A stretch of DNA of 64,000 bases from Anaeromyxobacter sp. (GCA_049840735.1 JASGJN010000022.1:908778-972777), one strand, 5' to 3'. Counted from the first letter of the stretch, positions 30,869 through 43,220 are shown. Numbers and translations are program-made. Notes: generated by a model from the sequence alone, not told the origin.

Positions 30869-31513
30869 GTGCGTAATCGAGGTGGCGCAGCGCGTAGAAA
30901 ACGCTACATCGGGGCTGTGCTTGACCTCCTCGTAACCACTGCGGTTGCAGCCCTAATGGCTGTAATGACGGTGATTGGCACCGAGGAAGTAGCGAAAGTC
31001 GCGTTTCGAAGGTTTTGGTCCCGCGCTCGTGGCGGTTGGAGCGGACCGAGCGAATTCCTTGCCGTAGGACATGCGCCGTCGAACTGGTCGCTGTTGTCAG
31101 GGGTTCGGGGATTGTCCGCCCGTGGGTGTGCACTCCTTCTGATCCTTGCACTGCCGCGCGTGCACTTCGACGAGGCGTGTCTTCGTCGCACGACGCTGCT
31201 GGTTGAAGGGGCGTCGGAGCTGATACCGTCTGCTCCTTGTAGCGTGCAAACCGGAAGCGATCTGGTCACGCCAGCCGTTGCCAAGGAGGGGCCGGGGAGC
31301 AAAGGGGGAAGTGACAGCTCGGTTCTCGATGCTCCACTCTTCCTGGTAACTGCTCGTGCGTTGCTGCTTCATCCGCGGTTCAGCTCCCATAGGCTCGAAC
31401 GTCGCGGGCGGAGCGACGAATGTGCACTCGAGACTGCGGAGGAGTCGTGCAACGATGCTCGCGCACCTCCGGCGCGAGTAAATTCCAGGCTTCGTCTCCC
31501 ACGAATGACGTAG
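30869..31513 (+). CDS. Putative leader ORF with a hydrophobic segment and a C-terminal RAPP motif (start probably 31094 or 31112)
   Basis: ALLLILALP near the likely N-terminus; NDARAPPA at 31451-31474. Confidence 0.35.
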   Translation: MRNRGGAARRKRYIGAVLDLLVTTAVAALMAVMTVIGTEEVAKVAFRRFWSRARGGWSGPSEFLAVGHAPSNWSLLSGVRGLSARGCALLLILALPRVHFDEACLRRTTLLVEGASELIPSAPCSVQTGSDLVTPAVAKEGPGSKGGSDSSVLDAPLFLVTARALLLHPRFSSHRLERRGRSDECALETAEESCNDARAPPARVNSRLRLPRMT

Positions 31514-31901
31514 AGCGGAAGCGAGCGACGCCAAGGCGCGTCGTGTCGTTCGCCTGCCCACTCGATCGCGAGACCCGAAAGCCAGTATCGATCTCGCTCA
31601 GCGGTATCGAGAGTACGTCTGCTACCGAAATTTGCGGTGCAACGCGGCTCGATTCCGGTCGATTCACGTCGCGATGTGTACTGCGGACGAGCCGCCTCAA
31701 CGCCAGGTAGCCCGCTCGACACCGTTTCGGCGAGGAATGCTGCACGAAATAGCGGCGCGGTTTTCCGCGTGCGTCCGCCATCACCCCACCCGTTTTCGCC
31801 GCACGAACACGACGTCCTCCACGTCGTGAGGACCGTTTGCGCCCTCGGCCCCAAGAATTTCCGATTTTCAATCCCCCATTCAGGAAGGAGCCAGCCTGTC
31901 C

Positions 31902-32060
31902 ATGTCCATCCCCGACACTCTTCAAGGTGCCATCACCATCAGCATCATCGACTTCATTTTGAGCTTCGTCATCATCTCAGGGATTGGTGTCGTGCTCGCT
32001 CTTCTTCCCCTGGTCAATCGTTGGAAAATCGACGAGTCCAAACTCAAGCAGGGCCACTGA
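31902..32060 (+). CDS. 52-aa membrane protein, putative gamma/OadG-like subunit of a Na+-transporting decarboxylase (absent from the ORF track)
   Basis: RBS AGGAAGGAG; MSIPDTLQGAITISIIDFILSFVIISGIGVVLALLPLVNRWKIDESKLKQGH; lies directly upstream of the beta subunit. Confidence 0.7.
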   Translation: MSIPDTLQGAITISIIDFILSFVIISGIGVVLALLPLVNRWKIDESKLKQGH

Positions 32061-32108
32061 ACGATTCACTCGAGTGTCGCCGCTCTCACGTAAGGACCAT
32101 TCACAGTC

Positions 32109-33239
32109 ATGTTACAGCTGATTAGTTCGCTCTTTCGGGCACTCCTCGGACAGACCGGTGTCGGCGCCTTTTCCTTCGGTAATCTTCTGATGATTGCCGT
32201 CGGTGCGACGATGGTATTTTTGGCGATCGTCAAGAAGTACGAACCGTTTCTACTGGTCGGAATTGGTTTCGCGTGCATCGTCGTCAACGTGCCTGGGGCG
32301 GACTTGGCGATGCCAGGGGGGCTCTTTCACTATGCTTACCGAGGCGTCGGGCTTTTGATCGTCCCGCCGCTCATCTTTTTGGGCGTTGGCGCGATGACGG
32401 ACTTCGGCCCAATGATCGCCAATCCGCGATTGGTGTTGCTCGGTGCAGGTGCTCACCTAGGGATTTTCGTAGCGCTCATCCTCGCCAAGCTCATTGGATT
32501 CTCTCTGAGCGAGTCGGGTGCCATCGGAATCATCGGTGGAGCCGACGGTCCAATGGCGATCTTCGTCACCATGAAGCTGGCGCCCTACTTGCTGCCTCAG
32601 GTGTCCGTCGCGGCGTACTCGTACATGGCGCTCATGCCGCTCATTCAGCCGCCGATCATGCGTCTGCTCACGACGAAGGCGGAGCGAGAGATGCCGATGA
32701 CGCAGTTGCGTCAGGTCAGTCGTTTGGAGAAGATCATCTTTCCGATCGTCATTGCGATCGTGGTCAACTTCTTCTTTCCACCCGTCGCGCCGCTCATCAC
32801 CATGTTGATGCTCGGGAACCTACTTCGCGAGGTTCAAGTCGTCGAACGGCTCATGAAGACGGCTGGTGGAACTCTGCTCGACATCATCACCCTCGTGCTG
32901 ACCACTGCAATCGGCTCGACGATGAAGGCCGACTCCTTCCTTTCCGTCCGTACCCTCGAGATTGTCGGCTTGGGGCTGATCGCATTCGTTTTCGGTACGG
33001 GATCCGGCGTGCTTACGGCAAAAGTGATGAACCTGTTCGTGAAGGACAAGATCAACCCGCTGATTGGCTCGGCTGGAATCGCGTCGGTACCCATCGCCGC
33101 GCGCGTTTCACATATCGAAGCATTCAAAGCGAATCCGCAGAATCTCCTCATCTATCACGCGATGGGGCCGAATCTGGCCGGCGTGTTCGGGACGGCCATT
33201 TCCGGAGGGATTCTCCTCGCGCTGCTCGGCGCCAAGTGA
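32109..33239 (+). CDS. oadB: Na+-transporting decarboxylase beta subunit (OadB/MmdB/MadB family)
   Basis: KYEPFLL, PPLIFLGVGAMTDFGP, IGIIGGADGP, AAYSYMAL, NPLIGSAG, HAMGPN. Confidence 0.9.
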   Translation: MLQLISSLFRALLGQTGVGAFSFGNLLMIAVGATMVFLAIVKKYEPFLLVGIGFACIVVNVPGADLAMPGGLFHYAYRGVGLLIVPPLIFLGVGAMTDFGPMIANPRLVLLGAGAHLGIFVALILAKLIGFSLSESGAIGIIGGADGPMAIFVTMKLAPYLLPQVSVAAYSYMALMPLIQPPIMRLLTTKAEREMPMTQLRQVSRLEKIIFPIVIAIVVNFFFPPVAPLITMLMLGNLLREVQVVERLMKTAGGTLLDIITLVLTTAIGSTMKADSFLSVRTLEIVGLGLIAFVFGTGSGVLTAKVMNLFVKDKINPLIGSAGIASVPIAARVSHIEAFKANPQNLLIYHAMGPNLAGVFGTAISGGILLALLGAK

Positions 33240-33697
33240 GTTTCGTTGCTTCGGGCAGGGGCTCTCGTCGAGGCTCCTGCCCGGTTCGGTCGTTGCTGAG
33301 GGGCGCCGGTGACCATCGCGTAGGCCGCGATGCCGTGTGATCTCTCGAGGACCGACGCGGCCTCACGTCGACCTATCACTTCCGCACGGGTTTCCATCAC
33401 TCGGTGGCTTTCGTGAGGATCGGGCAGCCGAAATCCACGCGTATGGTGCGGGCGCTCCACTGAATGTAGCGTTGCTGCCGTATTGGTTGTCTTCACGGCG
33501 TGGCCACGGCGGTCGACGCAGCTCGAGCTACGACGAGGTTCACGTCGAGTGAGGACCATCTCCGAGAGACGTCGCAATAACGGCGGTGCCCGGCTTTGGT
33601 GAGTGCGCGGTTGCGCCGGCCTAGGGCAAGCGAAGCGCGGTTCCCGGCTTCGGCAAGTGCGCGGTTGCTGGTGGCGGAGAGCTACCGGACGAGCGTC

Positions 33698-33839
33698 GGA
33701 CGTCGGCGCAGCGTCGTTGGACGGGACGTCGGCGCAGCGTCGTTGGACGGGACGTCGGCGCAGCGTCGTTGGACGGGACGTCGGCGCAGCGTCGTTGGAC
33801 GGGACGTCGGCGCAGCGTCGTTGGACGGGACGTCGGCGC
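33698..33839. repeat. 26-bp tandem repeat x5.5 (GGACGTCGGCGCAGCGTCGTTGGACG)
   Basis: Identical copies at 33698, 33724, 33750, 33776 and 33802, plus a partial copy at 33828. Confidence 0.95.
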
Positions 33840-34270
33840 CTTCGAGCGGGAGGTAGTTTTCTGACTCGAGGTGCCTAACGGGGACGGATCCTCGTGATCG
33901 AGCGTGCTCGTGAGCGCGCATTCTCGAGGTGCGTGCGATTGACGCGAAACCTGGGCAAAAGTGCTCCCGACACCACGGAGATTGCGTGAGGCTCCGCACC
34001 TCTCGTCGTTGCTTATCATTTCCGATGCGGTGGAGATTCGTTACGACACTTCGTTGCAGCGCCTCGAGCGTCAATCTCATCGGCAATGAGCACGGCATTC
34101 GAGCGTCGATGTGTGCTCGCTGGCGCACATCTGACCTACGGTGATCCGAATCCCTGCATCCTCCGCGCCTCGACTCAAAAGTGGGAGCATTTTGAGAAGC
34201 GGTGGGAATATTCCAGATGTATTTCGGCACACCATTGAGATAGTTAAGCATGCTCTTTCGATGTCCCGGG

Positions 34271-37200
34271 ATGGTGGCAAGGTCACTGGTCGCGCTGACT
34301 CTGTTCGTTGCTTGTGGGGGGCAACCGAGCATTGAGGACCCGGATGGTTCGAGCTCCGAAGGGGGAACCAAGGGCCGCGGCGGATCGACTTCCACCAGCA
34401 CCGATCCTGGGATCCCTGAAATACCAGATGCCTCCACTCCAGATGCCGGGACCGATGCCGTTTGCGGGAACGGCAAGGTCGAGATTGGTGAGATTTGCGA
34501 CGACGGCAATCGTACCGACGGTGACGGATGCAAGGGTAACTGCCTCGAGCAAGATCCGGACTACATTTGCTCCGACGGCAAGTGCGTAAAATACGTCATC
34601 TGTGGCGACGGTCAGCTTCAGGGCGACGAGGCCTGCGACGACGGCAACACGAACGCAGGCGACGGTTGCTCAGCGAACTGCAAATCGACGGAGAGCGGAT
34701 TCGAATGCGCTCGCCCAAACAAGCCGTGCGTTGCGCTCTCCATCTGCGGCAACGGCGTCCGCGAACGTGGTGAGCAATGCGACGACGCCCAGTTGCCACC
34801 CAAGGACGGTGACGGCTGCTCCTCGACCTGCCAATTGGAGGCTGGATACTTCTGTCCTACGGGTGCCACGTGCGTCAAGTACGTCTGTGGTGATGGTGCT
34901 CGCACGCCCGACGAGGACTGCGACGATGGCAACGCCACGAACGGTGACGGATGTTCCTCGACCTGTAAGAAGGAAGATGGTTGGATCATCACGGAGTCCG
35001 GCGCGAAGGCGGCGTGCGGGGACGGTCTCATTCGCGGTAACGAAGCCTGCGACGACAAAAACCAATTGAGCGGAGACGGATGCTCTGCGACCTGCAAGCT
35101 CGAACCGCTGACGGTCTGCACGGGGGAACCAAGCATTTGCTCGAGCACGATCAGTTGTGGTGACGGCAAAGTCCAAGGCGCCGAGGTGTGCGATCCGCCG
35201 AGTGCGACCTGCTCCTCGGATTGCCGCCGGTACATCGTACCTGGTACGGTTTGTGGCAACGGCGTTTGGGAGAGCGGCGAAGCTTGCGAAGATAGCGGGA
35301 CCTTGGACGGCGATGGGTGCAGCGCGAGTTGTACCGTCGAGATGGGCTGGCGTTGTCCTCAAGTCAATTACTGCTTCAAGCTGCCGGTGTGCGGCAATAC
35401 CGTGCGTGAGCGCGGTGAAGGCTGCGACGACGGCAATCAGAGTAGCGGTGACGGTTGTACGTCGAGCTGCCAACTCGAGCCCGGATACTTCTGCCCCCCG
35501 GGTGGTGCCTGCATATTATTGAGCTGTGGCAACGGAGTTCGCACCCGCGACGAGCAGTGCGATGACGGGAACCTGGCCAACGACGATGGTTGCTCGAGCA
35601 CTTGTAAGCTCGAGCTCGGTTGGATTGACACCGGCACTGGCACGAAGCCCATCTGCGGCGACGGCCTGATTCGTACTGGCGAGGCATGCGACGACGGCAA
35701 CAACGTCAATGGTGACGGTTGCTCGTCGGCGTGTCGCGTCGAGCCTCTCATGGAGTGCACCGGGCAACCGAGTGTTTGCGTGAGTTCCATCGAGTGCGGA
35801 GACAACGAGGTTCAGGGAACCGAGGTCTGTGATTCCGCCGAACGTCAACAACTGCGCTGCGGACTGCAAGAGCTTCGTCATCCCCGGCACCAAGTGCGGG
35901 AACGGAGTCTGGGAGAGCGGCGAAGGTTGCGATGACGGCAATACGTCGAATGGCGATGGCTGTGACTCGGCTTGCAAAGTCGAGACCGGTTGGAAGTGCC
36001 CACAAGCCAACCTTTGCTTCAAGTTGCCGGTGTGCGGCAACAGCGTGCGGGAACTCGGAGAGCAGTGCGACGACAGTAACGCCGCCGCAGGCGACGGATG
36101 TAGTGCGACGTGTCAGCTCGAGGCCGGGTTCTTCTGTCCGCCGGTCGGAGCCTGCGTCCGCCTGAGTTGCGGCGACGGCAATCGCACGCGCGACGAGCAA
36201 TGCGACGACGGAAATCTGCTGGCCAACGACGGATGCTCGGCAACCTGCACGACCGAGCCCGGCTGGATTACCACGAGTTCGGGCGCTCGCCCCATCTGTG
36301 GTGATGGCCTGCTTCGCGGAGGAGAGCCCTGCGACGACCACAACAACACGAGTGGCGATGGCTGCTCCTCGACGTGCCAAGTCGAGCCACTGATGCGTTG
36401 CACAGGCGAGCCCAGCGTTTGCACGAGCACCATCGTATGTGGTGACGGAAAAATCCAAGGCACCGAGGTCTGCGATCCCCCCGGCACGAACAATTGCGCA
36501 GCAGGTTGCAAGAGTTTCGTCATTCCCGGTGCGGTTTGTGGCAACGGACTCTGGGAGAACGGTGAAGGTTGCGACGATGGCAACGCTAAATCGGGCGATG
36601 GCTGCAGTCCGTCCTGCGCGATCGAAACGGGCTGGAAGTGCCCGCAAGCGAACTTCTGCGTCCTGCTTCCGGTTTGCGGCGACGCAGCCGTGAATTCGAG
36701 CCTCGAGGAATGCGACGACGGCAACACCGTCAGCGGCGACGGTTGCGCAGCCGATTGCTTGGTGGAAGCCAGCTGGTTCTGCTCTGGACTAGCCCCGTCC
36801 GTTTGCACCCACGAGGTGTGCGGCAATGGCGTCCGGACGCCAACCGAGGGTTGTGACGATCGCAATCTCGCTGGGTCCGATGGCTGCTCCTCGCTTTGCG
36901 TGGTCGAGGACGGCTGGGCCTGTCCCGTCGAAGGAAGTGCGTGCATCCCGAAGTGCGGCGATTCCAAGGTACGCGGAAGCGAAACCTGCGACGACGGCAA
37001 CACGGTCAGCGGCGACGGGTGTACGGCGAATTGCCGTTCCGAGTTCGGTTACACCTGCACTGGCGCAGGTCCCGGTACCTGCGTGAAAGGGGTGTGTCCG
37101 AACGGCAAGACTGACAACGGTGAGAGCTGCGATGACAACAACAGCGTTGCAGCCGACGGTTGCGGTCCGACCTGCCAGACCGAGCCCACAATCACCGCGG

Positions 37201-40200
37201 GTCCGAACCCCGTCGTCAATACGTTCTGCGGCGACGGCATGAAGACCGGCATCGAGCAGTGCGACGACGGCAACAAGGTGAACGGGGACGGCTGCTCATC
37301 GAGCTGCGCCGTCGAATCCGGTTACCAATGTGCCAGTCAGCTGGTGCTCCCACCGTCGGTGGCGTTCCAAGTGACCCATCGAGATTTCAAGGCCTATAGC
37401 GCGTCGGGAGGGCACCCGGACTTCGAGTACACGATCGCGAGTCGCAGGGACATCGCTGGACCCGCTTGCACTCGGTCGAATACGTCGTCCTGTGGGCGGC
37501 TGGACAGCGCGGGCAAGCCAATTCTTGCCTCGGGCATCACTCGCTCGGCGTCGGGGATCAAGAACGCTGCGACTTACAGCCTTTGGTATCGCGACACCAA
37601 TACTGCGGGAACCCTCGACGAAGCGGGCAAAGCAGCGATTGAAATTCAGAGTATCAAGAAGACCCTGACTTTGAACCAGGTGGCCTCGGGTTCGCCTGCA
37701 TACCGATTCAGCAGCAACAGTTACTTCCCCCTGGATAGTCAGGGCTTCGGTAACGAAGGCAGAAGTCACAACTTCCACTTCACCACGGAGCTTCGGTACT
37801 TCTTCCAGTACCAAGGCGGCGAGACCCTGACCTTTGCTGGTGACGACGACGTTTGGGTCTTCATCAATGGTCGACTTGCGGTCGATATCGGCGGCGTCCA
37901 CGGCGTGAAGTATGGACAAGTCGTCCTGGGTGACGACGGCGCTCCGTCGGGTGGAGACAGCGACTGCTCCGCTCATTTGGCGGACAGCACGCCGACGGTG
38001 AGCTCGTGCTACCTCGCCGCAGAAGCCGCGGACAGCACCGACGAACGGTTCGGGTTGACCAAGAACCAGGTGTACGAAATCGTGCTGTTCCACGCCGAAC
38101 GGCACACCAGTGAGTCGAACTTCACACTCACGTTGTCAGGTTTCTTGGCGCCTCGGTCCTACTGCAATCCGATTTGCGGTGATGGTGTCGTCGCCGGAGG
38201 GGAGGCTTGCGACGATGGCGCCGCGAACTGGCCGACCTCGGGCTCGGATGTGCCCAGCGGAAAGTGCAACAGCACCTGCACGGCGCGAGCCTATTGTGGA
38301 GACGGCTTCGTTCAACCCGGCGAAACCTGCGACAACGGCAAGAACACGGACTTGTACGTTTCGAGTAGCTCCACTGGCCTCTGCGCCCCTGGATGTAAAG
38401 CACCCGCAAGGTGTGGTGACGGAACTGCTCAAGCCGCGTGGGAAGATTGTGATCTCGGCGCGAGCAACAGCGACACGAGCTACGGTCTTGGCTCTTGCAC
38501 GACCCAGTGCAAGTACGGCCCTTACTGTGGCGACGGCGCACCGAACGGAACCGAGCAGTGTGACAAGGGCACTGCGAACGGCGGATACGGCGCAGGTTCG
38601 TGTACGTACGATTGCCTCACTGGGCCGTATTGCGGCGACAAGGTGCGAAACGGTCCGGAAGACTGCGACGGGACGGTCAACTGCAGTCTGGCCTGCACGA
38701 TGAATCCGTATTGTGGCGACAGCATCAAGCAGAGCGGCGAGGACTGCGACTGGGGTGCCTTCGCCTCCACCTCCTACGGGACGTGCAGCAAGACTTGCCA
38801 ATGGAACGCCCATTGTGGCGACGGCAAGACCGATGCTCCGAACGAGGAGTGCGACAACGGTGCAGCCAACAGCGATACGACCTATGGCGGTTGTCGACCC
38901 AACTGTCTGAAGGGCCCCCGTTGCGGCGATGGTGTCGTTCAGATTGGTGGCGGCGAGGAGTGCGACAACGGGTTCAACACCGATACGTACCAGTTCTCGT
39001 CTAACTCCTGCGGGGCCGGATGCAAGAAGGTTCCGTCTTGTGGCGATGGCGTGAAGCAAGATCTCTACGAGATCTGCGACAACGGCAATAGCAACAGTGA
39101 TACGGCCTACAACGGTTGCACGACGAAGTGCGATTGGGGCCCCTACTGCGGCGATGGCATCAAGAACGGCACGGAACAATGCGACAAGGGCGCTGAGAAT
39201 GGTGGCTATGGACCAGGCTCTTGCACCATTGCTTGTCTAGTCGGTCCCTATTGTGGGGATGGCATTCGCAACGGCGCTGAGGAATGCGATGGAACTGCGC
39301 ATTGTAATCTGACGACTTGTAAGACCGATTCCGTACTGCGGTGATGGCATCACGCAGGCCGGTGAGGATTGCGACTGGGGCGTCTCTGCCGTCAACGATG
39401 TCTACGGAACCTGCAATCCGTCTTGCAAGTGGAACGCCCACTGTGGCGACGGGATCCCCCAAGCTCCCGAGGAGCAGTGCGACAACGGTTCGAACAATAA
39501 TAACGACGTCTACGGAGGCTGCCGCGTGGACTGCATGTTTGGTCCGCGATGTGGCGACGGTGTCGTCCAAGCCGACCAAAAGGAAGAGTGCGACAACATC
39601 TACAACGACGACACCTATCGCTTCTCGAGCAACTCTTGCGGAAAGCTCTGCAAGGCGGTGCCCTATTGCGGTGACGGTCACGTCGATCCGCTCTACGAAG
39701 TCTGCGATATGGGTGCGGCAAACAACGACGCCGCTTACAACGGTTGCACGACTGCCTGCGAACCCGGCCCCTATTGTGGGGACGGCGTGCCAAACGGCGT
39801 CGAGTTCTGCGATCTCGGTCTCGCGAACGGCGGCTACGGAGTTGGCTCATGTTCGATCGATTGCAAACCCGGACCCTTCTGTGGCGACGGGACGAGAAAT
39901 GGGTCGGAGGAGTGCGACGTAAACGATCCTTCTGCCAAGTTCTGCGGAAGCGACTGCAAGATCCAACCGCATTGCGGCGACAACATGCTCCAGGTTGGCG
40001 AGGAGTGTGACTGGGGTACTGCGGCGTCGACCGCCTACGGGACCTGTAATGCGACCTGCAAGTGGAACAGCCATTGTGGCGACGGTGTCACCAATGCTCC
40101 GGACGAGGAGTGCGACAATGGTGCGGCAAACAGCAACGAAACCTACAACGGTTGTCGTCTGGATTGCCTCCAAGGCGCACGTTGCGGTGACGGCGTGACG

Positions 40201-40731
40201 CAAAAGACCAACGGCGAAGAGTGCGACAACGGATACAACGAGGACAAGTACAGCTTCTCGAGTACGTCTTGCGGGACTGGCTGCAAGGCGGTGCCTCGCT
40301 GCGGTGACGGCATACTCCAATCGCTCTACGAGCTCTGCGACAACGGCGTGCTCAACAGCGACACGACGTACAACGGTTGCAACACGAAGTGCGAGTGGGG
40401 CCCCTACTGCGGCGACGGCAAGAAGGATCCCGAGGAGGTTTGCGACAACGGCTCGCGCAACGCGGCTTACTCGAAGACGCCCGGTGGTTGCAGCTTCGAC
40501 TGCCAGCCCGCGCCCTATTGCGGAGATGGCGAGCGCAATGGACCCGAGCAGTGCGATCTAGGTACGGACAAGAACACCGGCGCCTACGGTGGATGCAACG
40601 CGGACTGCTCGCGTGCGGCGTACTGCGGAGACCACATCGTCCAGGCCGACAAGGGCGAGGCCTGTGACGATGGCCTGACGGGAAGCATGTCTTGCTCGAC
40701 GACGTGCTCGCGGCGCGACATCTTGCAGTGA
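34271..40731 (+). CDS. Giant (about 2150 aa) lipoprotein made of DUF4215/Myxococcus Cys-rich repeats around a central fibro-slime (PA14-like) domain; frameshifts at 35831 and 39327
   Basis: Lipobox FVAC; dozens of CG[DN]G...E.CDDGN...GDGCS..C units; fibro-slime motifs RDF...HPDFE, HNFHFTTE, GDDDVWVFING.LAVDIGGVH, FHAERH...SNF. Confidence 0.9.
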
Positions 40732-40742
40732 CGTCCCGAGTA

Positions 40743-40891
40743 TGCGGCCCCGAAGTGCCGAGCCGTCGAAAGTCGACGGGATCGGCATCTCGGGGCCGCA
40801 GCCGTTTCGGCTCGTCCAGCGCAAGAATCGAAGCGCTTGGTCACGAGAATTCAGCCGTCGGATCTCGACGGGATCGGCATCTCGGGGTCGC
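40743..40891. repeat. Long imperfect hairpin (40743-40800) whose right arm recurs at about 40865-40891; terminator/REP-like
   Basis: TGCGGCCCCGA...CCGTCGA-AAG-TCGACGG...TCGGGGCCGCA between convergent genes; TCGACGGGATCGGCATCTCGGGG occurs twice. Confidence 0.65.
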
Positions 40892-40899
40892 TGCCGGTT

Positions 40900-41409
40900 T
40901 CACCAACCGAGTGGATCATTCGAGCGCAACCCGCCGTAGTGGATCAGCTTCGGACGCCGCTCTTCGAGATGGAAGGAGTGCGCGAAGCATCTGCTCAGCG
41001 GCGACGATGAATGACTCGATTGGTAGGTTCTTCGGTTTGCCGTGAACCAGCCATTTCGAGAGATGCGTGACGGTTTCGACGAGGAGCACCCCCCGAACCT
41101 CGAGTTCGCTCGGGGATGAATCGGATTTTCGTCGAACGATCGGCTCGATTTGTCGATTACGTGAACCCGGACCTCTCGTTCGTGCCCGAGGCTTCCAAGC
41201 TCCCGATCGATGGCTTCGAGCAGGCGAGGCTTCGTCGCGTCGATCGACGCGAGTCGTCGTAACAGGAAGAGGGGCTCCTCCATTGGGTCGGAGCCCGGGC
41301 GTGCAAGCCGCGCAAGTACTAGTTCGACTTCCGGTTTGATCCCTCGACCATGGCGCTCCACCTCGGCCCTAAATACGGCCTCTTTGTCCGCAAAGTATTG
41401 ATACGGCAA
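40900..41409 (-). pseudogene. 5'-truncated TetR-family regulator remnant
   Basis: Begins at the YQYFADKEAVF part of the TetR HTH immediately after the upstream stop codon; the first HTH helices are missing. Confidence 0.6.
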
Positions 41410-41410
41410 C

Positions 41411-43220
41411 TTACCGATGCTTGAGCGGCCAGGGTTTCACCGTGCCGTCGGGTTCGATGCGGAATGCGTGCACACCGGCCATCGTGCTCAAGAGGAGCAT
41501 CGCGAAGTGTTCCCGCGAATACAGGCGGAAGGCGAGGAGGGTGCTGTCTTTGGTCGCCTTGCCGTCGGAGATTCGATCATCGAAAATGACCGTACTTGGC
41601 GCGTGCGCGAACTTATCGGGCTCACCCATTCGCATCCTCAGCCCACCGAATTCGCCGGCGCGCCAAATCGCGAGGAGTTTCCCGTCCAGATCGACCGCGG
41701 CAACGTCCTCTGGCTCCGCCGGTCGAAGATCACTGGCTTTGCCGTCGAGGGCGTCGCCATTGACTGCCACGCGGACGCAACCCGCCGACGTGCACGTATC
41801 GTGGTACATGCGAGTATTGCCTCCCTTGCCGTGCTCGACGGACACGACGGTTGCCGTCGTGCCGTGACACCCAAGCACGCCCCAGGGGGAGGCGAAGACC
41901 GGATCCGTGTAGCGATCGCCGATTCGGAAGGTGAGAAAGTCGCTGTCGCGTCCTCGTACCCGAATGACGGTCATTCGATCCGTGCGACACCCGGTCAAGT
42001 GTGGTTGCTCTTCCTCGCCCTCGCGGATGAGTCCAGGTTCCGGAAGCTCTCCGATGTCGACGAGGGAAAAGGACGACTTGTCCTTCTGATTCAGTGGGAG
42101 TGCGAAGAGTCGCCTCTCTTGGTTTGGCGTGATCCCGCGAACGAGGACCTGGTCCCAGAGGAGTTGGGAGCCGTAGAAGTAGTTGCCGACTTGGAAGTTC
42201 GGTTTCAGCGGAGTTCGCGAAGGTGGATTTTCTCCCGACTTTTGAGTGAGGACCATGGTCTTGGCTTCCGGATCCCAGCCGAGCACCGCAACCGAGCCAT
42301 CCTTCGCGGAATAGCCACCGTAGCTGTACATCCGATTCGATTGGAGTGGACGACCCGGCCACGAAGATCCCCTCGCTTCCGCGCTTCCCTGAGAACACGA
42401 GACTTCCCGCATCCGGGTCGGAGGTGCCAAGCAAGCGCAATCCGTGGCCCTGCACGGATTTGAGCTCCACCATGGAACGGCACTCTGCTTCGGTTTCCTT
42501 CGGCCGGAAGACGCAAAGCACCGGGGTGGGGGGATTTTCTTCTTCGATGAGGACGGGCAGGGCAAGTCCTGGGTTGTCCTCGGTGAAACTTCGAGTGAGC
42601 CCCTTTTTCGACAACCCCACCACTTTGGCGAGACTGTCGGCGTTTCGCGGTGCCGGGGGCAAGGCTTTCGGGGGAAGTGACGCGGAGCTGAGGCGATCCA
42701 AGGTGGCAAACACGGAGGTGACGACCTCCGAGTTGTCTTTCGTGATGGCTTCGAAGCTGGCGAGGAGCTTCGTGAGCTCGGGGAAGCCCTTCGTGTCCTT
42801 CTCGTCGCCTGCGCCCTTGAGGAGCGTCACCATGTTTCCAAGACTCGCTCGGCACGTGTAGGGCCAGACGTTATTTCCGCTCGTCACCCGTTCTGCGTCG
42901 GAACGGGTTAGTGCCTCGAGCTGCAGACGCCGGTATCGAAGGGCAGGGGTCTCCTGGGGCTCGAGCGGGCCACCGAGGAGACAGCTCCGCAAATCGAGGG
43001 ACGCCTTTTCTAGCTCGAGGCGCGCCGAACGCTGTGCGTGCACGATTGCCAGCGTGATGCCGAGCAGAGCCGCGCCGCAACCGAGCGCGAGAAAGAGTGT
43101 GCGTCGTTTCTTACCCTGGGCCCGGAGCGATTCGAAGTCGGGATCGGAATCACGATCAGACGAGTTTTCGTGCGTGGACAAGCGCCATTCTCCTGATGAC
43201 GAGCGGCTGAAGCCGCCCAT
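41411..43220 (-). CDS. Hypothetical membrane-anchored protein; frameshift near 42334
   Basis: KKRR followed by a TM helix near the N-terminus; ORFs 41730..43313 and 41411..42709 join when GATTC at 42334 is read as GATC. Confidence 0.7.
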
